Of a stretch of DNA of 64,000 nucleotides, positions 34,446 through 45,972 are shown piece after piece. The notes under the pieces are model-generated. The model had not been told where the DNA came from and made no database searches. It worked only from the letters and a program-made list of their open reading frames with translations. This stretch comes from a virus. Where the stretch lies: positions 1 through 64,000 of the IMG/VR virus record IMGVR_UViG_2974548309_000001; one strand, 5' to 3'. Numbering within the stretch: the first letter of the stretch is position 1; each line of letters begins with the position of its first letter. The translations under genes and the position numbers were made by a program.

Positions 34446-37400
34446 AGTTCAACCAGTGGGTGTACTGTGAATCCATTCAATGCAGTACCTATCCCAATGT
34501 TGTAGTTCAGGCTGCCAGTCACTAAGTTAGCGTCAGTGATGTTCGGCAGATTCGATTCCCAACTATTACTGAACATCAGGAAGAGTGCTCTCAGTGGATT
34601 CTCACGAATCGTTCTGAGAATAACTTTCTGAATTCTAATCTTATAGTTCAGGAACCAAGTTAATCCCATTGCATCCAGATAGAATCTGGTACGACTTGGA
34701 AGGATATCGTAGTTAACGAATTCATCCATCACTCGTGCAATGGCACTATCTTTATCCATTGGATTATTCTTACGAGTAGTCAGCTGTTTATACAGTGAAT
34801 ACTTAGCAACGAAGTCACCATACTGAATTGAACGGTTTAGTAAGAAGTAGATATGACTATCTCTTGAAAGTGTTACTTCCTTAGCAACTCGTTTAACACT
34901 GTCTGGAACAGAAGAAGTGTATTCGTCCATTTTGGTTAACAGTTTATCTTTCAGAGAGTAATCATCCTGCTGACCTAAATCCTCTGCGATAGTAGGCAGT
35001 AAACCTGCTTTGATTAAATCAGCAACAGGGTTACGGGCCTGTGAATCTTTGAGTTCAGAAATCTTTCTCTGATACTCATCAGCCATCTTAGGATTCTGTC
35101 CTACAGCCAGATAGTGAGAATACTCGTTAATCAGTTTCTCATTTCTTCTGTATTCTTCAGCAGCCAATACAGCTACAGACATGTCTTTAGCCATAGTAAC
35201 TGGACTGATGCCTACAGTCGCTAAGTGAACCATGTTGGAAACAATGTTGGCTGCTGATACGACTACTGAACGTACAACAATCCAATCTTTCATTTCCTTC
35301 ACAAATTCCATAATCCCACGCTCACCTAAGCGGAGATACTTAGCAGCATTCTTACCTAAGAATGTCTCTGCGATACTCACAAAGGCTTTCTGGAACTCTT
35401 TAGAGTAACCAGTCTGACCAGCCCACATATTCAGTACAGAAGGCTCACGATAACCAAATGCGTTATTCAGTAAGTCTTTACGTACCTTGATATCACCATT
35501 AGGCCAAATCTTTTTGGCAGCTTCTTTCATTTCAATTGGCATCAACTCATAAATCTCTTTGAGCTGTGCATCAGTTGAGTTCTTATTGATAGTGATGTAC
35601 TGGTATGCATTGCCTTGGCGAGCATCTTTCACATACATCTCATGCAATCTCTGAAGAAGCATCTCATTGTATTTCTCAGCCTGAATCTCCTCAGCAATAC
35701 GACCTTCCCAAGCTGCCATTACCTTAGTGAAATCATTATCAATATCCAGATGTGCTTCTTTGTTAGCACGAGGAATTTGATAAGAGTATCCCATGATTGA
35801 ACCAGCTCTATTCAGAGTAGGTTGCATATAGCTCTGAGTACCAGTAGGCATAGGCTTATTGGCATCAAACAGTTCATCAACCTTACTACGTTTCAGAGTA
35901 GCTAATGCAGTTTTCTCCTTACTACCCCAAACACCTGGGGTCATTGAACCATTAACACTTCTACCTGAAATTGGGTTTACACCACCTACGGTGGTTTGTA
36001 GGGTGCTCATTACCCCAGCAATCCAACGAGGCTCACCACCATTATTTGAGTGGTAGTAGTACATTGGCTGCTTGCTTAGGTCACTTGGGTCACGAGCAAA
36101 CTGAGCACCTCTGACGTAGCCTCTACGAATCAGGCTTGGCTCATCTAAAACAGATGCCACAATGACCTTTTTATTTGGGTCAGTCAGAGTAGGCGTGTAA
36201 CCTTTTACAGCTGCCAGAGACTGATTCTTACCAGATTTGGCTAACTCAGCACTCTGCAAACTGCTGTAATATTTCAGCGTAAAAGTCATGCCATTGTTAT
36301 CTGGCTCACCTTTAGTCATCTCTCTACTGATGACATTACTTACAGTTTCTTTATCAGCTTGTGACAATTCAGTCAGAGCTGACAATGAAGCCAGAGTATC
36401 AATCAGCTGCGTAGCTGAGTTAACAACAGTATCGTTAGGTCTGACTTTACCAGTACCGATTAAGCGAGCAATAGCCGCAGCATTAGGCAACTGATAAACC
36501 AGTGGACTAACTCCATGCACCATTTGCTTAGCCAAGCCTTTAGCAGACTTAATATAGAATGGGGCATTCTGGGCACCAACTGAATTGAGCTGAGATTCCA
36601 TAGAAGCAATCTCTTTAGCCAGTTCATTTGGATTAGTCAGTAACTCATTCAGACGAGCCAAGTCATATCCATTGGCAAACAGATAAGCCATATCAGTATT
36701 AGCAACCACCTTCTGAATAGCTTCTTTCTCAGTCTGGTTCAGTGAAACAAAAGTCTGCTCAATCATGCCCGGAACCATCTCACGAATAATCTGACGTGCT
36801 CTATCAGCAGCCATGTTCTTCTGAGTTAACAAGGTATGAATGCTCTGATTGGTTTCATTGGAACCAATGAATTCATTAACCAGTTCAGCCAGAGTACCCA
36901 GCTTATCATCCTGATGAATGTTCATCATGATAGTGGTAATTGCTGTACGCACGTCCTGAGCATCTTGGTCATTGAATACAGCAGAACCAGCACTGATACC
37001 AAACGCTACAGACTTAGGAACAATCTTCTGTACCTTGAGTAACTGGTTTCTAACCATGTGACCAAAGGCATTCAGTTTATCCTGAACAGTCTGCGAGATT
37101 TCTTCGCTACCACGTTCAACTCTTCCCAGCAGATTATCTCTGACTTCACTATCAACATGGCTAATGTTTTTAGCCAGTTTAGTTAAGCGAGTAGCAACAG
37201 TAGCATTGGACAGAGATTTAGTAGCCAGTCCTGACAGCCAAGTCAGAATGGAATTAACTAAATCACCAATACGTTCTCTGATGGTAGTAGCCGGTGCTGA
37301 ACGAGTACGTTTAACACTCATTTGAGCCAGTTTATTTCTCAGAGGTTCATTGGTTTCTGCTAATGCAATAAAGTTAGCCAATCTGTTAGTACGACCAGTA

Positions 37401-40400
37401 GCATCAGTAGTGATAGCAGTATTGCCAAATACAGCATAATATCTCTGTTTAGCCAGAGCCATCTCAGTAGCAGACGTGTTGTTAGGGTCAGTGAGGAAAT
37501 CACTATACTTCAACTGGTCTCTTGCCTGAGCATACAGACTACGTGCTACCAGAACATTTGGAGAGAAATTCTCCAGACCATACTTCATAGATACCTGAAG
37601 CATCTTGAAGACAAACGCCTCTTTCTCACTCATGTCAAAACCATGAGCAATCAGAGCATCTGGAGATTTATCAATCTCAGGGTCAATGCTATCTACCAAG
37701 AGTTTCTCTTGGAAATGGTCCAGACCAGAAATCTGCTGACCAGATTGTTTAATCACTCTAACAATATTTGACTGGAGATAATCCAGAGTATCAGTCAAAT
37801 GATTGATATGGTCTTGCGTTGCTTTACCCGGTTTCAGTTTGTTGAACAAGGTTTCAGCATCCAATCTGTTAATGTTGTTGGCATTACGCTGTGCAAAACT
37901 GGTTACATCGTCTGTATTCACAGAAGTTGTAGCATCAGTTAATGCAACAGTATGACCTAGCAGTCTTGACCAGTAAGAGTTAATCTCTGGATTAGAACCA
38001 ATTGCAAACAAGCGCTTGATAGAATCAGCTAACTGTTTCAGCACATTGGTAACCTTACCGGCAATAGTCTTCTTAGTCATTGCATCAATCATTCTTGGGT
38101 TAACTAAACCCCATGCAATGAATTCAGCAGTAGCCTGAGCCATATCACCAGTTTCAATGTGATTCTTAATCAGATTAACTACAGAATCTGTTTCTGGATT
38201 AGTGTTTGTATATTCATTAACAAACTTAGTCATGAGAGCTTCAATAGAAGCAATCTCAGTTCTCTGATTTGGATTTAGACTGGTTGGGTCAATGTAATAA
38301 GCCTGAACAGTATTGGCAGTAGCAGCATGGATTAACTCATGCATAACTGTCTCAATAGACTGAGAACCGATATAGATGTTCTGGCCTTCTGTAAGCCCTA
38401 AGAAGCTGTTAGTAAACTTAGCCTTAGTATCAGGCGTCATTTCTTGTTGAATAGCTGATAGAGCTTCTGGAGAGCCTACATAAACATTAATATCGTTAGG
38501 AATGACTTTCTCAATTTTATCAAGAATAAATCCAGTGATTTTATTCTGACGAGATGGCAGAGATTTAGCTGCCTCTCTAACAGCAGCAACCACATCACCT
38601 TTAGCCAGAACTTTAACACCTTCATGACCAGCCAGATTTCTACCATTCTTATCCAGAGCCTCAGTCATCTGACGAGTAGGTGGAATGGTTACTCTACCCA
38701 TAGGCAGAGATACTGAATCCATAGTTGGTAATTCAGTATTAGAAACTAATTGCTCCAGAGGAGTTCTGATATCAGTAGCTTGTTCACTGGTCTGCTTACC
38801 ATTCTGTACATTGAATGGAATGTTAGCACCAGTCATCTGGTTAATAGAGGTAACTGTATCACCAGCAAATAAACCTCGTTTGATAGCAGTCTGAGTAGCA
38901 GCTTCTCTCTTAAGCAGAGTAGTGAATGCTTTCATTACTTCTGGGCTAGTAGGTGAATCAGTTTCATCAGCACCAATCATTTCCATAATTCCACGGAAAG
39001 ATTGTCCCAGACGAATATTAGCTTCTGGACCTAATTCCTCTACTAAATTCACTCCATCCATTGCTTGTTCAAAGCGGTTAGTGAAATCTTGCAGTAAATC
39101 GAATTCATTCCAGCTTTGCAGAACACCTTGGTTAATAGCCTGTGAACCAGACTCAAGATGCTGAACAGCATTGATGTAACCATCGAATACGTTAAGTGCG
39201 TTATTCGGGTTGATATCACGAGCAATGGCTTGCATAGCTGCTTCTACAGACTGAACCAATAAAGGCATTACACGAGTACCTGGTTCGGTATAGGTAGGCA
39301 TGTCTACACCAAAGGTAGACCTACGCATTTTACCATCTAGTTCTCTACGCCCTCTGGACTCCATTCTGTATACATCAGATGGAATACGTCCTTCCTCACT
39401 CAGAAGAATACCTTCGTTCAGCCTATCAACATCTAAGTTGTTAGCAGTGAACCATGAATTAAAAATTGGCATTGAACCAATCAAATAATTCTTAATGTCA
39501 TTGTACTGCTGCTGAGATAAAGACTCATATTTAGAGAGCTTACCTGCTTTACGCAGTTCATCTTCTAAACGAGTTACTTCTTTATTCCATCGAGCCATGA
39601 ACACTTCATGCATCACAGCAGCAGCGTAAACCATCATCTTGCCACGGTTAATTACAGTACCAAATTCAGTAGCAATAGACTGATTAACAGCAGCGCCAAT
39701 CCCGATTTTAATGTTTTGAGTGATAGCATCAATTTGTTCTCCGGAGAATTTAAATTGGGTTACATCAGACCCTAAATTAATAGGTTCTCCGATATTAACC
39801 CAGTCACCATTACGGAATACACGAGCAGAAGTTAACTCGTTAGTAGTTTGAGTCAGGTCTTGGATATGAGCAATTGCAGCATCTCTCTCTTCAACAGTAG
39901 TTGCTGAATCCACTGCTCTTAATGCTTTAGTAATTGCTTCGTAGTAACCATTAACAATACCCATAGCAATCTTTCTATTAATAGCGTTAGCACCACCAGA
40001 ATAGACTGTTACGGTTACTGGATTCTTAAGTAATCCACGACCAATCTTAATTGTATGTTCAACTTGTTCACCTTCGACAATATTCACATCACCAATTAGT
40101 TTGTAAGCAGCCAGAGTTACACGCACCTGATTTCTCAGACGTTCAATGTTTCTGGTTTCCTCCCGCTGTTCCTGACGAGACTTACCTTTCATAGCTGCAA
40201 TTCTGTTAGGAATAGCACGGAAAGAGTCCATCATATTGTTGATGTACTGTTGAGTACCAGCAGCAGCAGTCTTATATAGGTCTAAGAATCCTGGGTCTTC
40301 AGCAGCATCATTGTACAGACGGTCAGATTGAGCATAGAACAAACCACCCTTCTCCAGTTTATCTAGAAGGTCTTGGTTAATATCTTTTAATCCAAGATGG

Positions 40401-43400
40401 ATAATAGAGTTAAATGGACCGTTAGTAACACCATCAAGCTCCAACATGATATGGGTCTGGAATGACTCTTTACCTTGCTCTACAGCCAGCTCATATTGAG
40501 CCTGTGCATACAGTGCATGAAGAGTTTTAGTCTTCTCTTTACCTGCATTCACAGCCTCTAACAGAATCTCTGCATCTGCATCACTAATAAAGTCCTGATT
40601 CTCCGCAGCTTTAAGAATATTGATAGCATCTCTAAACAGGCCAGTATCGATAGCTTTATTCACTCTATCTCTGGCTGTATTAGAAGACAGCTTATCAATT
40701 GCAATACCCAAACCTTGAGCAATAGCATAATCAAGAAATGCATTATGTAGAGGATTATTCAGTTCAATAGTAGATGGCTCAACAGTAACCAATTCACGAT
40801 GTAACTTAGAAGCCTGTGGATTCAAGTCACCTGAGTTCAACATCATACGATAGTTACTGATGACGTTATAAGCAAAGTAGATTGGAGTAGTAGCAAGGTC
40901 TTTACCTGCTTCTACCATACGAGTTAAACCATTAACTAAAGTATTAATGTCTCGTTCAATGGTACGGTTAGAACCCTGAATAGATTTCAAATGAGCCTCG
41001 TTAGCATTCTCTTCTGACTGAATGCCTAACATTCTACCAGTCCATTGAGTACCTAACTTATCAAGCATCAGGTCATGTAGACCCATGTTAATGAAGTGAG
41101 GTTGTTTGCTACCTTTATTACGGGCAGCAAGCGCCTTCTTAGGAATATCCTGACCACCACCATTTTTAACTTTAGTGCTCTGATTTTTTGGTGGAGTACC
41201 GAAGTATGCACCTGCTCTTTCTCTCTGAGGATTAGTCAATTGACCTAATAGGTCATTAGAATCCTGCATTAATTTTACTAAACGAGTAGCAGCCTCTGAC
41301 TCTTCATTCATACGAATGAATACACGAGAGTTCTTCATGTTTGAAAAAATAACTTTAGGAGAACCAACAGCAGCTAATTCACTATTCTTAACAACAGTTT
41401 CCTGAACTAAACCAGCATTAATCATGACGTTCAGTACTTCAGTTGCCAGTGCTTTAGACACAGCATCACGTACAGAAATAGGTGCATTAGGGTCTGCATT
41501 GATACCTAATACCCCAAAGATTTCTCTGCTTAAATAATCAATAACATTCTGACGGTCAGTACCAACGTTACGTAGTAAGTCAACCTGTTCTACAGTAGGT
41601 CTGGTTTTGTTATCTAAACCAAGAATATCCATAACTGCTCTGTCATCATTGAATGTAGTTTCAGATGCATTACGTACAAACCACTGCATCATTCCAGCAG
41701 TCATTGCTTCAATAACTGGTTGAGGTAAGAAATAAACATTCTCATCATTGATGTTTCTAACTTCATTAAAGTACTCAACAGGATAAGTTTCCCAGAAGAT
41801 ACGTTGACCTTCAGGAGTTAATTTACCCCAAGACTGAAGCAGAGACTGTTCAATAGCAGGCACTAAACCAGCAAATTGACGAAGTACATTTACTTCTTTC
41901 TCAGTTACTTGTTCTGGTTGAATGAATCCTTTAAACAGATTCTGAATCTGAGTAATTGGGTTAGAGCCATTAGTAAAGATGTTATTAAGTCTCCCAGAGA
42001 AATTAGAAGTTCTCAGGAATGCTGAACGTTTACCAGTAGGTTTAAACCATTTCTTAACTTGGTTAGTGGCCTGATATTCTTTATCAGCATCTGAAGTAGA
42101 TTTAGCATCAGAACGTACAGTCTCTGCCTGTAACCCATTCAGAATGTCATAGTTAACACCTTTATCTAAACCAAGGTCTAACTGAGACTCATCCATTAAG
42201 TCTGTTTCAACAGATGTAGGAGTTTCCTGAATCTGAATATCAGATTCTACAGTTTCTGGTTTCTCAAACAGTTCACCCTGAACAGGTTCTTCATTAACCT
42301 GTGCTGGAGCTTCTGTAACAGCCTCTGGCTGTGTTTCTGTAGTCTCAACCGGTGTTTGTACCTCTTCCTGAGAAGTCTCTTCAGAAGGCGCTACAAGAGC
42401 TTTTGAAGCAGTGTTGAGTTGAGATAAGGTCTTCTCATAAACTGCTTTAATTGCATTTTTCCCTGCTTCAGTAATTTCTCTAGTACCTACACCAGCAAAG
42501 TTCTTAGTCAGGACTGGGGTGCCAGTTTGTATAAACTTTCCATTACTGTAGGTGTACCAGTTATTGTCTTTTTGGTTGAACACATATACAGGTTTACCTT
42601 GGTCAACGGCCATTTGTACTGCCCAACCAGTACCCCCTTCAACAATATTCCCTGCAATGTTGCCAATGGCGAAGACTGCATCAGAGTTCAATACTTGATA
42701 GTAGTTACGTTGCAGCAGAGTACGCACATAAGCATTACTTGGTGGATATCGACGGCCCAGGGATTCATTAGCTTTCTTCAAAGCAGGATCTGCTTTAGCT
42801 AACTGCTCTGCTGTTAATGGAGTATTTCCTTTAGGTGTTTTGTTTCCTGCTCCAAAGTAATGAGCTGAATTACCTAAACCAAACAACTTACCTACCGTAT
42901 CCCAAACAGTATCGGAACCTACTGCACCACCTGAATGCAGTGTGTAGTCTGATATACCAACGTCTGAAGAGGGTGACAAAGTAGTATTAGTCTCTTGCGT
43001 CTCCTTGTAACTAGTTGTTTGCTTAGGAGTGCTTGCAGGAGCTTCTGTAGTATCCTGAGTTTGATTAACTTCTTCAGTAGCCATAGGCTGAGACTCAGCA
43101 GGTACTTCAACAGGTTTACCATCTACTAGTTGACTTGTAATAGTGTGTGCCTGTCTTACAGCAGCAGCATCATTACGAATTTCCTGTATTAAGTTCTTAG
43201 AACGTACAGGATGATAAGTCATAGGATTTCCATCCAGTGACAAATATGGTTGACCAGTAATAGGGTTGACTACCATTACAGGCTGATTACCAGTGAAATT
43301 CTCGGCTGCCAGCTCAAATGCATTAACTTTGGTTTCCATGTGCGTAGCAAAACTGTTCAGATGGTCTAACAGACCCTGAGCACGTTTAGTATCACCTAAT

Positions 43401-45898
43401 GATAATGCACGGAAGATACCTTGCTGATATTGCTGAATACCAATAAACCCTTCAGAACCCTGACGTACATCCTGACTTACCTGACTCATAACTTTGCCAG
43501 TAGCAGAGATGACTCTCAGCTTGTTTAAGTCTTGTTGGCTTAAACCAATAGCATCTGCTGAGTTAATCAGTTTATCTGCTGTCTCAGGAGTAATAGATGC
43601 AGCATCTAAATTCATTTGAGCCAGAACAGATTTAACTCCTTTCTGTACTTCAGGAGACTGGTAGGTCTCTGGAGTAATTTCAGAAGGCAGTGATTCCATG
43701 ACTTTAGTCATTTCATCAGGAGTCAGTTTAAAGCTTTCAGCAGTAGTCTTGATGGCTTGTACATCAGGATTACTCAGTACTGCATTGATGTTATCAATAG
43801 CAGTCTGATACTGAGCTTTCTGTTCTTCTGGAGCAGATTCCATCTGTGCCTGAATGTTAGGCAGAGCTTCTTCATATGCAGAGATAACGTTGTTACCAAC
43901 AGTAGCAAGGTCACGTCTTGAAGCTTCATCCAGTTGACGATTACGGATTGCACGAGCAATACGCATAATTGAATCAGGAGAGCTGATTTCTTCTTCTGGG
44001 ATGGCTTTAAAGACTTCTTTTGCAGCTGGTTCAGTAACAGCATCTACAGCTTTAGTAGCAGGAGCTGCTTCTGGAGTAGCAGTTTCTGGTTGTGGAGAAG
44101 TCTGCTGAACAGATTCATTAGCAGTATTTACAGTGTTTCTGAAATCCTGTGCTCTGGTTTGTTCTTTTTGAGCTTGTCTCTCATTAAATGCACTACGACC
44201 CTGCTGGATTCCTTCCTGAATTGCTCTAGGTGTTTCACTAACAGCCGAACCAAAAGCACCCATACCCGCACCAGCAAGAGCAGACTCAGCAACGTTTGAA
44301 CCAATATCTTCAGATAAGGACTGAGATTCATCAGCAGAAGTCCGTACACCGAGATTAGAGCCAAATTGACCAGTAGCCCCTTGCGATGCTTCCTCAACAG
44401 TCTCTTTAAGTGTGTTACCAAGGATGCGTGATGCAGCACTTGAGAATCCTTTACCTTCTAATAATGAAGGAGAGAAAATTCGAGATTCAAATGGAGCAGC
44501 AAGTTTACCTGTTAACGCACCCAACGTACCTGCTACAGCAGCTGTGACGTTACCAGCCTGAGTACGCACTTGTCTTCTGGCTTGGTCTTTAGACATATCA
44601 TCAGCAATGAGGTCTCTGTACATAGGAGACTTCTCAGCAAGCTGAGCATCAGTCATTCTATCAATCTGGTCGAGAGTCTGCTGCATGTTAGAACCAGCTT
44701 CTTGGAAGCCAACATAACTAACAAAAGCATTCTCAGCAGCATTCTGAAGTTTTTCTCTACCATATTTGGTAGCAACTAACTTAGTAGCAAAATCTTCACC
44801 ATACTCTTTAACTAGTTCTTTAAATGCACCACGGGTAGCTAACTTACCTACTAAACCACCAGTTAATAAATCAGGAGCAGATTCTGCAATCAGAGTAGTT
44901 AATGCACCTGGTTTATCTCCATACTGTTCAGCAGTGTTAACGAACTGGCGCAGCTGTTCCTTAGCACCAGCGACTAATGGATTATCACCTTTAGCAATGT
45001 CAGCAGCTTCACGCTGAGCACCTTGGTTCTTGAACTGTTCTTTCTGTGCTTCAATCACAGATTGTTCATACAGGATACCTGGAGAGTATTGACCTCTCTG
45101 TTCATCAGTAAATTCTTTTAAAGGTTTATCAATACCTGCTTGGTCTATCAGAGTAGGTTGACCTGCTAAGTCTTCACGTCCAGTTACATCAGCAATTAAA
45201 TCCTGGGTATTTTGGGTAGCCAGATTAACTAAACCAAGACCAAAGCGAGCTGTGTTACCTAACCAAACTTGAGCAGCATTACCAATGTCACTGGCTTCAA
45301 TACCCTGACCAGAGAATTCATCAGTGTTTGCCTGAGCGATATTCAGAGATAACTTATCTCGTGCAGCTTGAGGTCCATACTTCTGCTGTAGAGCAGCAAT
45401 AGGCATGTACTGTAAGTCTTCCAGATACTGCTGATTAGCAGGAATTTGAGCCTGTTGTGCAGGTGCCTGATAGTTTGGATGGTTCGGGTCAAATGGGCCA
45501 GTACCACCAAATTCTGGAGACACTTGGGGGTTAATCATCTTGCGATAGAAAGGTTTAGTACGTGCAATAGCATCGTAGTTAGCCTGCATCTCAGGAGTGA
45601 TTGGCTGTGCTTCTGAAATACTAAAATCATTAATATTGCCAGTATTAGCAGGAGCAGTAGGAGCAGCAGTAAGCATCTGAGTCATCTGCTCACGAGTATA
45701 TTTAGGACCTGCTTCTGCTAAACGAATAGCTTCCTGTGCTCTCTGGTATCCCGGGGAACCAACAGGAAAATCAATCTCTACTCCCGGAACAGGAGCACCC
45801 ATCTCTACACGTTTCTGTTGAGTAGCTTGATTTAGTTCTTGTGCTTTTTGCGCCCCAACACCAGATAACTGTTGTTCTTTTTCAAATCCGGTAGCCAT
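34439..45898 (-). CDS. Giant virion protein (3,819 aa), N4 gp50-type virion-encapsidated RNA polymerase (vRNAP)
   Basis: An uninterrupted 11.5-kb ORF at the position and orientation of N4 gp50, at the head of the leftward late block. It contains an internal SLOG/DprA-like Rossmann segment. Identification is by size and synteny; polymerase motifs were not verified. Confidence 0.7.
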   Translation of the reverse strand: MATGFEKEQQLSGVGAQKAQELNQATQQKRVEMGAPVPGVEIDFPVGSPGYQRAQEAIRLAEAGPKYTREQMTQMLTAAPTAPANTGNINDFSISEAQPITPEMQANYDAIARTKPFYRKMINPQVSPEFGGTGPFDPNHPNYQAPAQQAQIPANQQYLEDLQYMPIAALQQKYGPQAARDKLSLNIAQANTDEFSGQGIEASDIGNAAQVWLGNTARFGLGLVNLATQNTQDLIADVTGREDLAGQPTLIDQAGIDKPLKEFTDEQRGQYSPGILYEQSVIEAQKEQFKNQGAQREAADIAKGDNPLVAGAKEQLRQFVNTAEQYGDKPGALTTLIAESAPDLLTGGLVGKLATRGAFKELVKEYGEDFATKLVATKYGREKLQNAAENAFVSYVGFQEAGSNMQQTLDQIDRMTDAQLAEKSPMYRDLIADDMSKDQARRQVRTQAGNVTAAVAGTLGALTGKLAAPFESRIFSPSLLEGKGFSSAASRILGNTLKETVEEASQGATGQFGSNLGVRTSADESQSLSEDIGSNVAESALAGAGMGAFGSAVSETPRAIQEGIQQGRSAFNERQAQKEQTRAQDFRNTVNTANESVQQTSPQPETATPEAAPATKAVDAVTEPAAKEVFKAIPEEEISSPDSIMRIARAIRNRQLDEASRRDLATVGNNVISAYEEALPNIQAQMESAPEEQKAQYQTAIDNINAVLSNPDVQAIKTTAESFKLTPDEMTKVMESLPSEITPETYQSPEVQKGVKSVLAQMNLDAASITPETADKLINSADAIGLSQQDLNKLRVISATGKVMSQVSQDVRQGSEGFIGIQQYQQGIFRALSLGDTKRAQGLLDHLNSFATHMETKVNAFELAAENFTGNQPVMVVNPITGQPYLSLDGNPMTYHPVRSKNLIQEIRNDAAAVRQAHTITSQLVDGKPVEVPAESQPMATEEVNQTQDTTEAPASTPKQTTSYKETQETNTTLSPSSDVGISDYTLHSGGAVGSDTVWDTVGKLFGLGNSAHYFGAGNKTPKGNTPLTAEQLAKADPALKKANESLGRRYPPSNAYVRTLLQRNYYQVLNSDAVFAIGNIAGNIVEGGTGWAVQMAVDQGKPVYVFNQKDNNWYTYSNGKFIQTGTPVLTKNFAGVGTREITEAGKNAIKAVYEKTLSQLNTASKALVAPSEETSQEEVQTPVETTETQPEAVTEAPAQVNEEPVQGELFEKPETVESDIQIQETPTSVETDLMDESQLDLGLDKGVNYDILNGLQAETVRSDAKSTSDADKEYQATNQVKKWFKPTGKRSAFLRTSNFSGRLNNIFTNGSNPITQIQNLFKGFIQPEQVTEKEVNVLRQFAGLVPAIEQSLLQSWGKLTPEGQRIFWETYPVEYFNEVRNINDENVYFLPQPVIEAMTAGMMQWFVRNASETTFNDDRAVMDILGLDNKTRPTVEQVDLLRNVGTDRQNVIDYLSREIFGVLGINADPNAPISVRDAVSKALATEVLNVMINAGLVQETVVKNSELAAVGSPKVIFSNMKNSRVFIRMNEESEAATRLVKLMQDSNDLLGQLTNPQRERAGAYFGTPPKNQSTKVKNGGGQDIPKKALAARNKGSKQPHFINMGLHDLMLDKLGTQWTGRMLGIQSEENANEAHLKSIQGSNRTIERDINTLVNGLTRMVEAGKDLATTPIYFAYNVISNYRMMLNSGDLNPQASKLHRELVTVEPSTIELNNPLHNAFLDYAIAQGLGIAIDKLSSNTARDRVNKAIDTGLFRDAINILKAAENQDFISDADAEILLEAVNAGKEKTKTLHALYAQAQYELAVEQGKESFQTHIMLELDGVTNGPFNSIIHLGLKDINQDLLDKLEKGGLFYAQSDRLYNDAAEDPGFLDLYKTAAAGTQQYINNMMDSFRAIPNRIAAMKGKSRQEQREETRNIERLRNQVRVTLAAYKLIGDVNIVEGEQVEHTIKIGRGLLKNPVTVTVYSGGANAINRKIAMGIVNGYYEAITKALRAVDSATTVEERDAAIAHIQDLTQTTNELTSARVFRNGDWVNIGEPINLGSDVTQFKFSGEQIDAITQNIKIGIGAAVNQSIATEFGTVINRGKMMVYAAAVMHEVFMARWNKEVTRLEDELRKAGKLSKYESLSQQQYNDIKNYLIGSMPIFNSWFTANNLDVDRLNEGILLSEEGRIPSDVYRMESRGRRELDGKMRRSTFGVDMPTYTEPGTRVMPLLVQSVEAAMQAIARDINPNNALNVFDGYINAVQHLESGSQAINQGVLQSWNEFDLLQDFTNRFEQAMDGVNLVEELGPEANIRLGQSFRGIMEMIGADETDSPTSPEVMKAFTTLLKREAATQTAIKRGLFAGDTVTSINQMTGANIPFNVQNGKQTSEQATDIRTPLEQLVSNTELPTMDSVSLPMGRVTIPPTRQMTEALDKNGRNLAGHEGVKVLAKGDVVAAVREAAKSLPSRQNKITGFILDKIEKVIPNDINVYVGSPEALSAIQQEMTPDTKAKFTNSFLGLTEGQNIYIGSQSIETVMHELIHAATANTVQAYYIDPTSLNPNQRTEIASIEALMTKFVNEYTNTNPETDSVVNLIKNHIETGDMAQATAEFIAWGLVNPRMIDAMTKKTIAGKVTNVLKQLADSIKRLFAIGSNPEINSYWSRLLGHTVALTDATTSVNTDDVTSFAQRNANNINRLDAETLFNKLKPGKATQDHINHLTDTLDYLQSNIVRVIKQSGQQISGLDHFQEKLLVDSIDPEIDKSPDALIAHGFDMSEKEAFVFKMLQVSMKYGLENFSPNVLVARSLYAQARDQLKYSDFLTDPNNTSATEMALAKQRYYAVFGNTAITTDATGRTNRLANFIALAETNEPLRNKLAQMSVKRTRSAPATTIRERIGDLVNSILTWLSGLATKSLSNATVATRLTKLAKNISHVDSEVRDNLLGRVERGSEEISQTVQDKLNAFGHMVRNQLLKVQKIVPKSVAFGISAGSAVFNDQDAQDVRTAITTIMMNIHQDDKLGTLAELVNEFIGSNETNQSIHTLLTQKNMAADRARQIIREMVPGMIEQTFVSLNQTEKEAIQKVVANTDMAYLFANGYDLARLNELLTNPNELAKEIASMESQLNSVGAQNAPFYIKSAKGLAKQMVHGVSPLVYQLPNAAAIARLIGTGKVRPNDTVVNSATQLIDTLASLSALTELSQADKETVSNVISREMTKGEPDNNGMTFTLKYYSSLQSAELAKSGKNQSLAAVKGYTPTLTDPNKKVIVASVLDEPSLIRRGYVRGAQFARDPSDLSKQPMYYYHSNNGGEPRWIAGVMSTLQTTVGGVNPISGRSVNGSMTPGVWGSKEKTALATLKRSKVDELFDANKPMPTGTQSYMQPTLNRAGSIMGYSYQIPRANKEAHLDIDNDFTKVMAAWEGRIAEEIQAEKYNEMLLQRLHEMYVKDARQGNAYQYITINKNSTDAQLKEIYELMPIEMKEAAKKIWPNGDIKVRKDLLNNAFGYREPSVLNMWAGQTGYSKEFQKAFVSIAETFLGKNAAKYLRLGERGIMEFVKEMKDWIVVRSVVVSAANIVSNMVHLATVGISPVTMAKDMSVAVLAAEEYRRNEKLINEYSHYLAVGQNPKMADEYQRKISELKDSQARNPVADLIKAGLLPTIAEDLGQQDDYSLKDKLLTKMDEYTSSVPDSVKRVAKEVTLSRDSHIYFLLNRSIQYGDFVAKYSLYKQLTTRKNNPMDKDSAIARVMDEFVNYDILPSRTRFYLDAMGLTWFLNYKIRIQKVILRTIRENPLRALFLMFSNSWESNLPNITDANLVTGSLNYNIGIGTALNGFTVHPLVELY

Positions 45899-45972
45899 TA
45901 GGAATCCTCAGAAGGGAATTAACTGATAGAAGTGTACTAAAAGAAATCCCTCACTAGGAGGGATTTTTGTAC

